Source: Paramecium tetraurelia (lineage: Eukaryota). From it: a DNA stretch of 64,000 bases. The translations under genes were made by a program, and so were the position numbers. A model generated the notes under the pieces. The model did no database searches. It was given only the letters and a program-made list of their open reading frames with translations, and had not been told where the DNA came from. Shown piece by piece: positions 1 to 12,667 of this stretch. The stretch's first letter is position 1, and every line of letters starts with the position of its first letter. Location: positions 124,001-188,000 of the forward strand of contig CT868649.1 in NCBI GenBank assembly GCA_000165425.1. Reading direction: 5' to 3'.

Positions 1-468
1 ATAGGTTGAATCGCTTCTCAACATTTATCCGTATCCGAACTATACACCTCTTTTCCATTAACCTTTATAGATGGTTCCATCTTTTATATAAGTAGGCAGC
101 ATTCGATATTCATTTGAGATCTAATTGTTGATTTTTCTATAGGCGACATCTGGTAAGGTTGGAATTTTAAATTCTTCATCGAACTGAGTCCAATCCTTTG
201 GCTTGTCTTCTTCAAGCATTTATTTTTCTTCATTAACCTTTTGTCGAGCAACTTTATTTCTGAATGCACATTGTATTGCTACTGCACTCCTCTCTTCACT
301 TTCTTTTATCTTTGATTCATCGACGATAGGTTTTTGAGGTTTGATTGGTTCCTCGGGGGGTTTAGGTACTTAGGGTTCATTTTAGACTGGCGGTTCAATT
401 GCTTTACCTGGAGTGTATATTTTAATATCATCTTCGGGTTGTTATTATTGTTGACAATGATTTCCCAT
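1..468 (-). CDS. MORN-repeat protein, N-terminal part (runs off the window start); probable N-myristoylation
   Basis: ATG at 468 gives MGNHCQQQQQPEDD... The frame reaches the window edge at DGTIYKGQWKRGVQFGYGQMLRSDSTY, a MORN-type YxGxWxxGxxxGxG repeat. Confidence 0.75.
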
Positions 469-650
469 CTGTTAATTTATAGAAATTCAAAATTATTTTC
501 ACTTAAAATCACAACCTGTTAAATATCTTAATATCTTAATAAATTTATTATAGTTCTAAAATGATTAACAAATTATGTTCGAATTCAAGTCTCTATAGAA
601 TTAAACTCACTTAAAAAATTTGCAATGTTATAATAACATATTTTAATATA

Positions 651-3364
651 ATGAATTAAAGGGAGATTGCCAAAGAAGTCTTAGCGGTTTCATTGCACAT
701 TGCGGATGCAGATAAATTCAACTTTGAAGATTCTAAAAAGAGAATGCAATTGTTAACAGAATCCGTCTTGAAAACAAGTATGTGTTTGATGTTGACGTAG
801 ATCTATTGAGATAGAAACCCAATAAAAATTGCAATCAGACTGTTGACCTTGAGTTTTAACAAATTGATAATTTAAAAGACTTGCTACCTCATTTAGCAGA
901 ATGCAGCAATTTGCGTGAAGTATTATGATAATGCATCAATCAAGTTAATTTTGCATGGTAATCGTTTACATACCTTACCTGAAGATCTCTCAACCTTGAG
1001 TACCGTTGAAACTTTGGACATATCCAACAATCTCTTTGATGATGTAATCACTTATACAATTTATAGATTATTCCCATAATCAAAGCCTTGCAAACTATGC
1101 CCAAATTGTTACACCTTCACATAGGATTGAGAGACAACAATGAAGAAAAGTATGTGATCCAACACTTACCCAATCTAATTACCCTCAACAATAGAAGACT
1201 CAAGTTTTTTGATCAACTTGACAGTGATAGACCTTCTGAAAGACAATCTGCAAGATCGGAAAAATCCTACTAAAGCGAAGTCACCTTCAATTAGGAGGAC
1301 GTAGACAATGTGGAAGTACATCATTATCTTATTAAGTTAAAAGAACCTTTTTAATCAAATTTGTAACATTGAAAATAATCCCAATCAACAAAAGTCACAT
1401 GCTCCACAATTGACTGATCATGTCAAAGATGTAATGACGGATTTTTCCACCAAAGTCCAATAGACTCACTCCAAACACTTCCTTGATACACACATACTCA
1501 AAGTAAATCTTACGTATTCTACCTAGGCAAAATACGATCTATACGAAATCTGTTTCAGAGAATTAATTGACTATTTTCGCAATAATAACAATAAACTTGA
1601 ATAAGTCTTAAAAACCTTGTAACAAGAGCATTCCAATATTTTTAATGATCTAACCAATATCATATACAATCTCAGAGACTATAAAAAGATCTAAAAAGAG
1701 AATCAGGAATTTGACTAACTCATCTTGAATAGTGATATTGTCAAATCTTAAATTAAAGAAATTCAACTCCTCAAAGAAGAACGTGATCGTCTCTTCATTG
1801 ACAAAAATAAACTCTAATAATCCAAGGACTAATAATATGAGTTGCTTCATCCTTTACAATTATAAGTCAAAACATTGTAATGCAGTGTTTAGAGATTGGA
1901 ATAAGAAAAAGAAAATCTCAATAATAATATTTCCTAATTAGAATATTAATTTGCTTAGTAATAACAAATACAGAGATCTAATAGAGGTAGTTCCAAATAA
2001 ATTCAATCAGCCAATCAATCATTTTAGGATATGCACTCTTTTTCTAATTTTTAAACTCAACAAGTGGTCATGTTAGTTAAAGGAACCCAAACTGACAATC
2101 AGCGATTTTTTGAAAAGGAAAGCCAAACAATAGATTAAGAAGATAATGTAATCTTTACTAAATCCATTGATATGCAATCCTTTCAATAAGAACTTGAAGA
2201 TTTATAATGTTAAAATGAGTAACTTCAATAAGAAAACAAAAAATACTTAGAAATGATAATCAGAAGATCCAAGGTAGAAAAATCATCCAATATCATGTCT
2301 GATATCAGTTATAAGTAAACTGAAAGCCCAAGCATCATTGAAAAAAAGAGATACAAAACCTTATCGGAATTTCACCTTCTTGTTCAACCCTAATCATTTC
2401 GACCCTTAACTTTAAAATAACTCAAAGATATCATTCAGGATATCTATGAAAGCAAAACAAAACACGATATTCGACAAAATGAAAATAAATTACCCTTAGA
2501 GACTATTGAACAACATATGTACACGTATTTATATTGTAAATATGGATTAAAAGTATTTTACATTTATCATTTGTAGAATTTAGCTTTGGAGTGGGTTGCT
2601 TGCATTATTAATGCAATCTAAAAGTATATTGCTGAAGACAATGATGTTGCTGTATTTGCATTAATGCTTAAAAATAATATTGATGAAGATTTCAGATTAT
2701 TGCAATCTTAGCGCAAATAAAATATTGAATATATAATCTAGGTAACTATATTGATCTAAAGGATTAGACCATTTTATAAGCCAAGTTTAAAACCAAGCAC
2801 GTATTAGAGATTAAGGAAATGGTTAAATAAAAAGTAGCCGGTTAAATAACTCAACAGGAAGTAATTGAAATTTTGAAATGTTGTCTTCCAGAAGAGGAGA
2901 AAGAAATCATACTTAGCTAATTAAAGATGCATTAAATTAAAGCTGTTGCCAGTGTAAGCCCAATAAAAAAAGTCAATTAAAAAGAACAGAGAAGACCCAG
3001 TGCTTAAAAGGAACCTATAAAATATGAGTTTTCTGTCTTTATCAAACTAATTCTTGAATACTTTATGAGTCTTCATCAATAATACTTAGCCAATTTGTGC
3101 ATAGTATTTAAGTCAGTTGACCATGATAAGGATGGAATTCTCAATCAAGTAGTTATTACATTTAATTGTTTATAGTAATAATTCTTTAAATTGACTGAAA
3201 GCATCAAGCCTAATTTACAGAATGAAGAGTATTCTAACTTATATGAAATTCTTGATCCATTTAAAAATGATAAAATAACATTTTCATAAATTGTAAGAGT
3301 GTTCAAAAATCCATAATTTCATAACAAGAATGTTGATCTAATATAATAGATATGTATAATTTGA
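651..3364 (+). CDS. Leucine-rich-repeat, coiled-coil protein with TSNAXIP1-like helical domain and C-terminal EF-hand-like motif
   Basis: LRRs (LILHGNRLHTLPEDL, LDISNNLFDD); LTLKQLKDIIQDIYESK...EQHMYTYLYCKYGLK; DHDKDGILNQ. Several ~23-27 nt introns (e.g. 778-800). TGA at 3362-3364. Confidence 0.7.
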
Positions 3365-3529
3365 ATAATTTCTTGGCCATTTTTTATGATTTATTTATTA
3401 TACCAGATTTTGATTTCAATACCTCAGATTACATAGTGAAGAATTAATATAATTATTCATTCAATTAGTTTAAATTACTGATTTAATTGTGTTTTAAGAT
3501 AATAAAATACATTGAATTTATTTGTTTTA

Positions 3530-4490
3530 TCAATAATAATCTGAATCTTTGTCGCTTACAGTAGAAATTATAGCTCTTGGACTATCCATGTTCTTTTATG
3601 GTTTACTTCCAACTTTTTAAACTGTTTATGTTTTAACCACTTACATTTTTCTTTTTTTTAAACTTTCAATTTCAGTTTCTTTCATGGTACATTCTTCTTC
3701 GCATTCATGATATAAGTTGTTGAGTTCTTTAAACTTTTTTTTCCATTCTTCTAATTCCTTTTGATATTTATTAAGTTCTGTTGAATTTTCTTCAGTTATT
3801 TCAATATATTTCTCTTCTAATTCTTAACTTCTAATTTTTAATCTAGTAATTTCTTCATCTTTATTTTTTAGAATAGCTTCAAGTTTTTGAACATCATTTT
3901 CTAACTCTAATTTTTTACCCACATTATCTACCTTCAATGTCCTTTTATCTGTCATTGTATAATTCCCTCTGTTAAGTTGTTCTTATAAATGTTGTATTTC
4001 TCTGTTATACATTATCTCCTTTGCTTTCCAAGGTCTTAAAATCTCCTCCACACTTTTGAGTTAATAAGGTCTTTGTCTATGATGATATTCATGCATGTAA
4101 TTTTATGGCATAGATATTGAAGTTTAGATCTTTGAAATAGATGTTGGCATATCTTAAATTTAGTTTTAATAATTCCTATTTGTAGGTTAATTACTTTAAA
4201 AAGGGAAACCCTTCTAAAATACAATATTTTTTGTGATTTCCTGAATATCAATAAAGTATGATTACTTGTCTGGGTACATTGTGATCTAGAACAATGGGAT
4301 CAGATCCATTATTCATTACAAGTGTTTAAGGCTTATTTGTAATTGGATCCCATGCACTCAAAGTCTACTTGCCATTATATTCATTTCTAGCCGAAAGTGG
4401 TTGACTGAATCCCACCCCATATCTATCTGTCAATGCTTTCCTGTCGTCATTTAATTGACGTAACTCCTATAATTCTCTCATTGTGAGCAT
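3530..4490 (-). CDS. Coiled-coil protein of unknown function (distant paralog of 12668-13817)
   Basis: MLTMRELQELRQL...; one ~25-nt intron near 4241-4265; heptad-rich C-terminal half (KELEEWKKKFKELNNLYHE); TGA at 3530-3532. Confidence 0.7.
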
Positions 4491-5215
4491 CTGTTTTATA
4501 TTGTTGAATAAAAACTTAAATAAATTTATTCGTGTTTTAATTATGAAAAAAAAATAACTAATTTGTCATCTACCTTCTCCTTCACTTTGATATTAATTTT
4601 GGATTGCAACTATCTAAACGATCTACTATTACTGCTCCTTCTTTATTTTGCTAAGACTATTTGCTCTAATAATTTACTTTCCATAGATTTGTTTCATTTA
4701 ATTCCACTTTTTAAGAATCCAGTACAAATCTTCTTTCAATAGAACAGAATTCTCCGATTAGATTGAAATATATTTCACATAATTCTCTTCTTTTTGGAAT
4801 CCATTTCCAAAATGAATTTAGACTATCAACCATTAAATGATGTAAATTCATAGCAGCAACTGAATTCAATTAAAATCAAGTTCTATCACCACTAATTGAC
4901 GAAAAGTGTCAATCAAAAATTGAAGTAAAAATAGAGTCAATTTTATGATTTAAGAATTATATTCAAAAATATTTAGAATCATGGTTCGCTTGATTTGATT
5001 ACTTCACTTAACTCCAAAATTTTGTTCAATATATTTCTATCATTCAATCCATTACTATTAAATTAATTTATATCATTAATGAATATGTTTTAATAATAAT
5101 TTAGAAATCAGAAGTCTAGATTAATAATATAATTTTAAAAGTATACTTTATATTTACACCTATTTTCTTTTTTTCCTTACTAAAAAATATTTACTATAAT
5201 TTAAATTATTATTAT

Positions 5216-5374
5216 ATGAGTAAAATGCAGAGTGGAAAAAATGGATTAAATTCTAGAAAACTTGATAAATCAGAATTCTAAGAAAATAAAACTTAAGAAG
5301 AATTATTGTAATAATAGCAAAAAGTCTCCAAAGTTATTCAGGGTGCCATTTTAAATAAATAATAATAGAAATGA
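5216..5374 (+). CDS. Microprotein A (52 aa), tandem paralog of 5443-5646
   Basis: Ciliate-code ORF MSKMQSGKNGLNSRKLDKSEFQENKTQEELLQQQQKVSKVIQGAILNKQQQK*, preceded by an AT-rich leader. Shares both termini with the next ORF. Confidence 0.6.
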
Positions 5375-5442
5375 ACTTATTATTTTTTTAAAGTTTATAC
5401 AATTTTATATATTTATTTTAAATAATTTCATAGAATCTTGCT

Positions 5443-5646
5443 ATGTAAATGCTCGTAGGAAAGAATGGGGAAATATATGATGACTTGGCTTATATTCCAA
5501 ACTATTAAAAGAAAGATAATAAGAAGGATAATAAGAATAGCTAAAAATAAGTTTAATAATAGGCAAATGAGTAGGACAAAAAGTAGAATGATTAAGTAAA
5601 ATAAGTGATAAAGGATGCCATTTAGGACAAAGACAAATAAAAATGA
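5443..5646 (+). CDS. Microprotein B (67 aa), tandem paralog of 5216-5374
   Basis: Ciliate-code ORF MQMLVGKNGEIYDDLAYIPNYQKKDNKKDNKNSQKQVQQQANEQDKKQNDQVKQVIKDAIQDKDKQK*. Confidence 0.6.
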
Positions 5647-5729
5647 TATAGGATTAAATACATCATATAATTTTAACATTATATCCATTATGGAATTTTA
5701 AATTAATATGTACAAATTAAAATCTTTAT

Positions 5730-8700
5730 TCAATAAAATATAACTGTGCCAGGTTTAACTTCTGGTTATTTTCCTTATATCATTTTGATGATCTTTTTAT
5801 ACAGAGTAGTTGCTTAGGATTTGATGTCGAAAATTAATGAAAATAGTAGAATGAAACTAAAACTAGCAATATGAATCCAGCCAATCATGATGTAATCATC
5901 TATTGACAATTCTAGCTACAATCGATAAGCATAAGTCAAAAATAATAAGGTGTTAAAAGCCAACAATGACTCAGCAACTAATGTTTTATAGTATTCTTAA
6001 ATATTTTCAAGTGGTTTCTAGACAAATACATATAGGAGAAACACAGTTTAAACTAATCCTATTGTGATTGTTTATAAGGGACCGTTTTGTCCCATATAAA
6101 CAATTAAGAATATAAAAACTTATTTTTTTAATAGCAAAATAGTGTTATATTAAGTAATCCAGATGTTAGAAGAATCTGCTACTCCTTCAAATAGAGCAGA
6201 ATATTATTCGATTTTTTTAGTTGTTACTTTCTTTGTGAATGAAAGTTATTTAGTGAACATATAAGTAAAAAATAGTAGTTACAATGCACAAACAACTAAA
6301 GCAGCATAAGAGTTCACTTTGAGTACAGTGTTATCTGTATTAAAATTGTTGAGTTAGATAAATACAGAGAAACTGATATCATAATAATTTGACATTATCA
6401 TTTTGATAATTGCACTAAAATAAAATGCTTTATAGCTTTTTTTTAAGAGTCTTCTAAAAATATAGATGAATTTAATTGGGTAATAGCCAAAATTAGCTAG
6501 TTGATATGGTCCTAATTAATAAAGAAACAATGTTAAACTTTTGGCAATTACATATCCAGAGAATAAACCCAAAAAGCAAAAGATTGAACTTTGGAAATTC
6601 AAATAGAAGTACCCATTAATTTCATCTTATTTAAATTTATTTGAAGTTTCCACAACATACTACTCTTCTCCATCAGCAAAATCAAAAAGAGTACTGATTC
6701 CTGTGAATTCCATTAATGGTTAAATAGAAATTAGTTTAAAAACTTCAAAATAAATATTAAGATTTGTGGGAAATTGAATGTTGATGTACTTTATATAGGA
6801 TAGATATTGAAGTAAATCCATTAAGTTCCAAAATATTTCAAAAGACCCAGTTATAACACAGAAAGCAGATAAAGTTATTAAAAAATAGATGACAATGCTT
6901 AAAAATGACTTTGCATTTTAAGAATTGTCTATTTACGATTAGGAAAGTACAATTGGAGTTTGTAATCTGATTTCTTTTTCATTATCTGGAATAATAATGT
7001 AATATTGAGTGACTAAAGCACTTGAGTTAAGTTTAACAATAAGAATAGGATCATCAACATTTTCATAAAACTTAACGGTTGCTATAGCTTCAATATCATC
7101 TACTTAGTCAAATTGAGGAGGCACTCTAAACTCAAAAGTAACTTCGTATTATTCAAATAAGAGATTTGTAATGTTGCCTTCAAAGTAATGATCAGCAGTG
7201 TAGTTTTCATTATATTAAAGCTTCATAGGCTAATTAAAAGTAATAGAAACCATTTCAACACTTTCTGGATTCTGATTGAGAGAGTTGAGTTTCATATCTG
7301 GAGTGATAGAATAAATACATGTGCTGGTTAGAAATTATGTATTTAAGCATACCCAATCAGTTTCAACTTTGCAACTCTCTGAACAGCCATCTCGATTTTC
7401 AAGATTGCCATCATCACAGTCTTCTTCAACAAGAACTCCATCTCCACATAATGATACACAATAGTTATTTTACAGTTGTCTTCCTTGATCACATAGATTG
7501 CATATTCCTTCAATGCAATCAACACAATACTAATCACAAACTAAACTGCAATCTTTGCAAAAACTATCTGTATTCTTTCCACTATCACATTATTCATTTC
7601 CTACGATCAATCCATCTCCACAATATGGAACACAGAGATGATTTTCAATAACCCATCCTAATTCATCACATCTATAACACATGCCTTAAATACATTCTCC
7701 ACAAATTTCTTAACATTAGAAATCACAATCAAAACAGCCATCAAATGGAACTGAATTCCCATCATCACATAATTCATATGGTTTCACAACTATTCCATCA
7801 CCACACTATGTTGAACAACGTTAATCCAACAGTACCCAACCATTAGTATTGCATTCCTCACAAATCCCTTTATTACAATTAGTACACTCTACCTAACATT
7901 GATATTCACATTCAAAGCACCCATCATATGGAATATTATTACCATCATCACATTATTCATTATCAACTATTATTGAATCTCCACAAACTGGAACACACTT
8001 AAAATCTTCTAGTAACCATCCCAATGTATTGCACTCCTAACAGACACCTTAAACACAATCGGTGCATGGTTATTCACATTCATAGTAACATTCAAAACAA
8101 CCATCATATCTAATATCATTTCCATCATCACAAAATTCATTACCTGCAACTATATTATCTCCACAAATAGGTTCACATCTAAAATTGACTTTGCTGATTT
8201 ACCATCCAATTTTACTACATTTGAAACACATTCCTTCTTGACATATTTCACATTCCTCATCACAAGAGTAATCACAATTGTAACACCCATCAAATGCCTC
8301 AAAGTTTCCATCATCGCATTTTTCATTCTTAGTAGATAATGAATTACCACAATTTTCAATGCAACCAAAATCTTTATTAACATATCCTATCATACAATCA
8401 TAGCAATGATTGAATTTACAATCCTAACATTCCTCTTAACATTGGAATTGACAATTGTGACATCCATCGAATGGTTAATCATTTCCATCATCACATTATT
8501 CTTAGTCAACAATTATTCTATCACCACAAATAGGTTAACATTCATAGTTGTCCATTAAATACCCAACTTTACATTATTAGCATCCTCCTCTTGTGCATAA
8601 AGTACAACTGGATCCACAATTGTATTTACAATTTGAACAAAAGGAATCTAAGATTTATTCATTCTCATCGCATTGTTCATTGCCAACAACCAAACCATCT

Positions 8701-11700
8701 CCACAGATCTCAACACATTTATTATCAACTAAGGTATATCCTATTTCACAATATTAACAAAATCCAAAATCGCACTATGAACAATTAAAATCGCATTGAA
8801 ATACACACTTATTGCAAGAATCATGCATCAATGTATTCTTATCATCACATTATTCATTTCCAACAATAACTTTATCACCACATATAGGATAGCAAAGATT
8901 ATCTGATAAATTTAATTACCAGTTTTACTTACAGAAAATACAATAACCTTTGTAACATACAGAACATGAATCCTAACATTCATATTACTATTAATAGCAT
9001 CCATCCATAGGAGTGTTATTACCATCATCACAATATTCAGTTTTTGATTTAATCAGACCATCATCCAATGTAATATCACATTTATATTCTGATAAATTTA
9101 ACTCCCATCCAAGAGTATTACATTAATAACATTTTCCATATCTACAATCAGTGCAAGAAGTCTAGCATTTAAATTAACATTAATAACATCCATCAAATTC
9201 AACAAAATTGTTATCATCACATTCTTCATAAGCTACAACTGAAAAATCTCCACAAATAGGTATGCATTGTTTAGTGGCTGATACATATGTGAATCCAGGA
9301 ATGCATTAAAGACAAATTCCATTGGAACAGTATTTACAATATTCAGAACAGTTCAATTAACACATGTCACATCTATCAAATGGATCATAATTTGAATCAT
9401 CACATTGTTCAACTCCTGGAACCAGAATTCCATCTCCACAAATAGGTTCACAACTAACTCCAGTCAAATACCAACCATTATTTTCATCACATTGATAACA
9501 AATGCCAAATACACAGTTGGTACAGTGATCATAACATTCAAATTTACATTCATAACAACCATCAAATGGATAAATATTACCATCATCACATTCTTCATTT
9601 CCAATAATAATGGAATCTCCACAATTATTAATACATCTATGGATAGATTCAATAAGAATGTAATGGTCTTTACAGTCATAACATTCTCCATTTGTGCAAT
9701 CGTTGCAACTCTCTTGACAAACAAATTTACATTGATGACAACCATCAAATGGATTACTATTGCCATCATCACAATCTTCTCCGTCTACAACTATCTGATC
9801 TCCACAAATAGGATGACATTGTAGATTATATCCATCATCATAATACCCATCAATACATAAACATTAATATTTCTTGATTGATCTATAATATTCGGATACA
9901 CAAGTATAGCATTATGTATTTAAAGATCCAAGACAAGTTTCACAATATCTATTACATGCTTAAATTATAACTATATATTATTACATATGCAATTTGTGCC
10001 TGACAAATAGGATGAAGGATAACATTAGCATTCTCCTTAGTCTAATAAAAATTTATTAGTATTAGAGAATTCGCATTTTGTACAAACTGAATCGCTTTAG
10101 CATTCTTAACATCCTAATTAAGTGCAGGATTAACAAGAATAAACTTCAGTGGCACTGTTGAAACTTAAGTATTAATTTGTGTTACAAGATCTTGTCAAAC
10201 TATATCCAGTGTATCCAGAATCACAATCTGAGATGGCTGGACCATGACATACATTACAAAAAGGAGCACACTTATTTATATGATAAAAGTACATAGTGAA
10301 CAACAACAAAATAATCTGATACATATATAAAAGCATCTTCTGGAGAACCCTAATTAGTATTTCCTGCCAAGACTATGTCTAATTAAGAGGAAGTATGAGT
10401 TTATTCTAAGTAATAATAATGAGCAGTGGTCTCTTTCTTGGAATCTCCTATGTAATTATTGGTCCCTGTATTTGGATTTGTTATTTGTGAAGATTGATAG
10501 GAATGAATCTTATAGGAAAACCATCCATTCATCTCATCTCCATATGTCACGTTAAGTCTAGAACTTATCTTATAATGCGGTTTTAACGAGGTAAATGTTT
10601 TTTGAAACTTTCCCACTTGCCACACTAAAACACCTCCTAAGACAGATTTTTCAGGGACAAAAGAATAAATTGATCCAGTAAATGAAGTTTTAATGGTACC
10701 AGCCAAATCAGTAAAATTATCAATTATTGATGACACTTACTCAAATGTAGTGTTCATATCATAAAATGCTTTTATCAAATATCTACTATCTAATAATATA
10801 GATATAGATATTACTTGTAATAATATCCTCATAATCCTAACAAGTTCCATTGGCCAACAAAGTGGAGTGAATTGGACATTGATCAACACATGTACCTCTG
10901 TATAAATTGAATCCTGAATCACAAATCAAACACCTAGAGTACGTTTCACATGATGTACAGTTACTTTAACATAGACCATAATCAATTGTAACATTTTTGA
11001 ATGCCCAATATTCACTCTATAAAATAGGTATTGCCTGAAACTGAAGAGTAGGAGTAGTTGTGTATGTCTTAAGGACTGCTTCAATTCTCAATAGGTCGTA
11101 GCTATTCCCTGAACAACTCGAACTACTAAACTTATTCAATCTAGCATTCTAAATAGTGTAATTGGTGGCTGTCTTCAAAATTATAGCTTGTGAATAGGAA
11201 TCTACTGTTATTCGCAATGACGAACCAGTCTGCCAACCAAACAAATAGAAGGATGCTCTTATTCTTAAGAATGTTAACCCTTTATGTTGAGCCAATTTTA
11301 AATACATCATTTCATAATTTGAAAATCTGCCAATCACATCATCACTGCCACATTGAGCGAGCTTATTTGTATTGGACGGATAAAAAGGATCTAACACATA
11401 CACCCATGGATCATAGGGTAGAAAGTTGCCATTACTGATAGTAGTTGAAGTGAAATAACTGATCTTTGATTTGATCCCTAATTAAATTCGAAATCTTACT
11501 TGGATCAAACTAACAGTATTTGGAATCATCTGCTAGATAATAATCTCTAGGACATTCTTATACGCAACCTGTCAATAATTAAACGTATGAATTGGATTCA
11601 TCGCACTTACAGATTCCTCCTTGTAATACACCTTAATAGCAGGTTAAGCAATCGTTTATAGTGGCTCCTGAACAAGATGCACATGTAAAATGACAGGTAT

Positions 11701-12274
11701 TTGCATATATTAATATATTTCTTAATCCGACTCTCATTAAATCGTCTTGATAGATATAACAATATGAAACATCAAACACAGACTTCTGGTGATTTATGGC
11801 ATCCAAAATAATGGTTTTTATTTCTACTCTTGTTTCGTCTAATCCTCCACAGCTACCGCCTCCACAATCGTTTTTACATACTTTGTCATACCTCTATATA
11901 TTTGATTCTTAATATAATCTAGAAAATATGGTAGTAGTTCCTCCTGAGTCGATTAATGATATTTTAAACTAAGAATTAGAGCTTGCCTTAGCTCGAATGT
12001 AATAGGCATCAGTGATGATTCGAAGCTGAAAATGAGGATAATAAAATTCTTTCTCCATTCTTGTTCGATCATCTTTCAAACGCATGAAATCCAACTGATT
12101 TGTTTAGCATTGTCTTATTGATGATCCCTATACTGAGTTGTCGGTGCAGGTTTTCTTAAATTCCCAACCTTACATGCCTGATAAATTCTCTGAATAAAAT
12201 GCACTCTCTATAAGCCTCCATTCTGAATGAGCAATCCGTAATAATAATACTATTGAGAAATGTATGTTCAACAT
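5730..12274 (-). CDS. Giant (~2100 aa) cysteine-rich multipass surface protein: signal peptide, three beta-rich modules with furin-like Cys repeats, Myxococcus Cys-rich (DUF4215-type) repeats, C-terminal multi-TM domain
   Basis: Starts MLNIHFSIVLLLRIAHSEW (signal-like). Contains CHFTCASCSGATINDCLTC-type repeats and CGDxxxxxxExCDDGNxxxxDGC repeats. C-terminal hydrophobic helices begin near FWNLMDLLQYLSYIKYINIQFP. TGA at 5730-5732. Confidence 0.85.
7340..9830 (-). repeat. About 14 tandem ~180-bp coding repeats (CGD..ECDD.N..DGC)
   Basis: Recurrent tctccaca/tcaccaca and atcatcaca on the + strand near 7445, 7620, 7803, 7983, 8163, 8349, 8526, 8703, 8880, 9070, 9252, 9438, 9620 and 9804. Confidence 0.85.
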
Positions 12275-12667
12275 TACTATAACTAATTTGATATATATTT
12301 TAGTAAATGAATTTGATCAAGGAAGTTTATTTAATATATTATGTCATCACGTAATGTAATCATACATCTACTGATTGCATGATTAGCATAATTAGCATTT
12401 CATTTTTCATCGAGAATTAACCTACACCATCACCCAATTTCATGTATGTGAGCCTAGAACGATCCTCTTCAATTTAGTATGATTTTAAGAATCAAGAATT
12501 ATTAGTCTAAATGCTTAAATGTAATAAAAGTTTTATTACTCCATAATAAGTAATATCGAAAGCTAGAAATTTCTAAATATTATATTTTCCAAACTAACAA
12601 AGACCATATATATATATTTAAATATTATAAACCATCTATTATATTTATTTAGATAATGTACTCATAT

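Noticed and set aside
4540..5200. Several short ORFs on both strands (e.g. ~89 aa minus, MNLHHLMVDSL...)
   Set aside because: No recognisable motif and competing frames; cannot be told apart from chance ORFs under a one-stop code.
5428..5688. 86-aa very hydrophobic minus-strand ORF in the track
   Set aside because: Most likely the antisense shadow of K/Q/D-rich microprotein B, which has a paralog next door on the + strand.
7340..9830. Regularly spaced repeats superficially like a CRISPR array
   Set aside because: They are degenerate in-frame Cys-rich protein repeats in a eukaryotic gene, and there are no cas genes.
12340..12385. 9-bp hairpin and a minus-strand C-box-like GTGATGA
   Set aside because: No downstream D box (CTGA) at a suitable distance; too short to support an ncRNA call.
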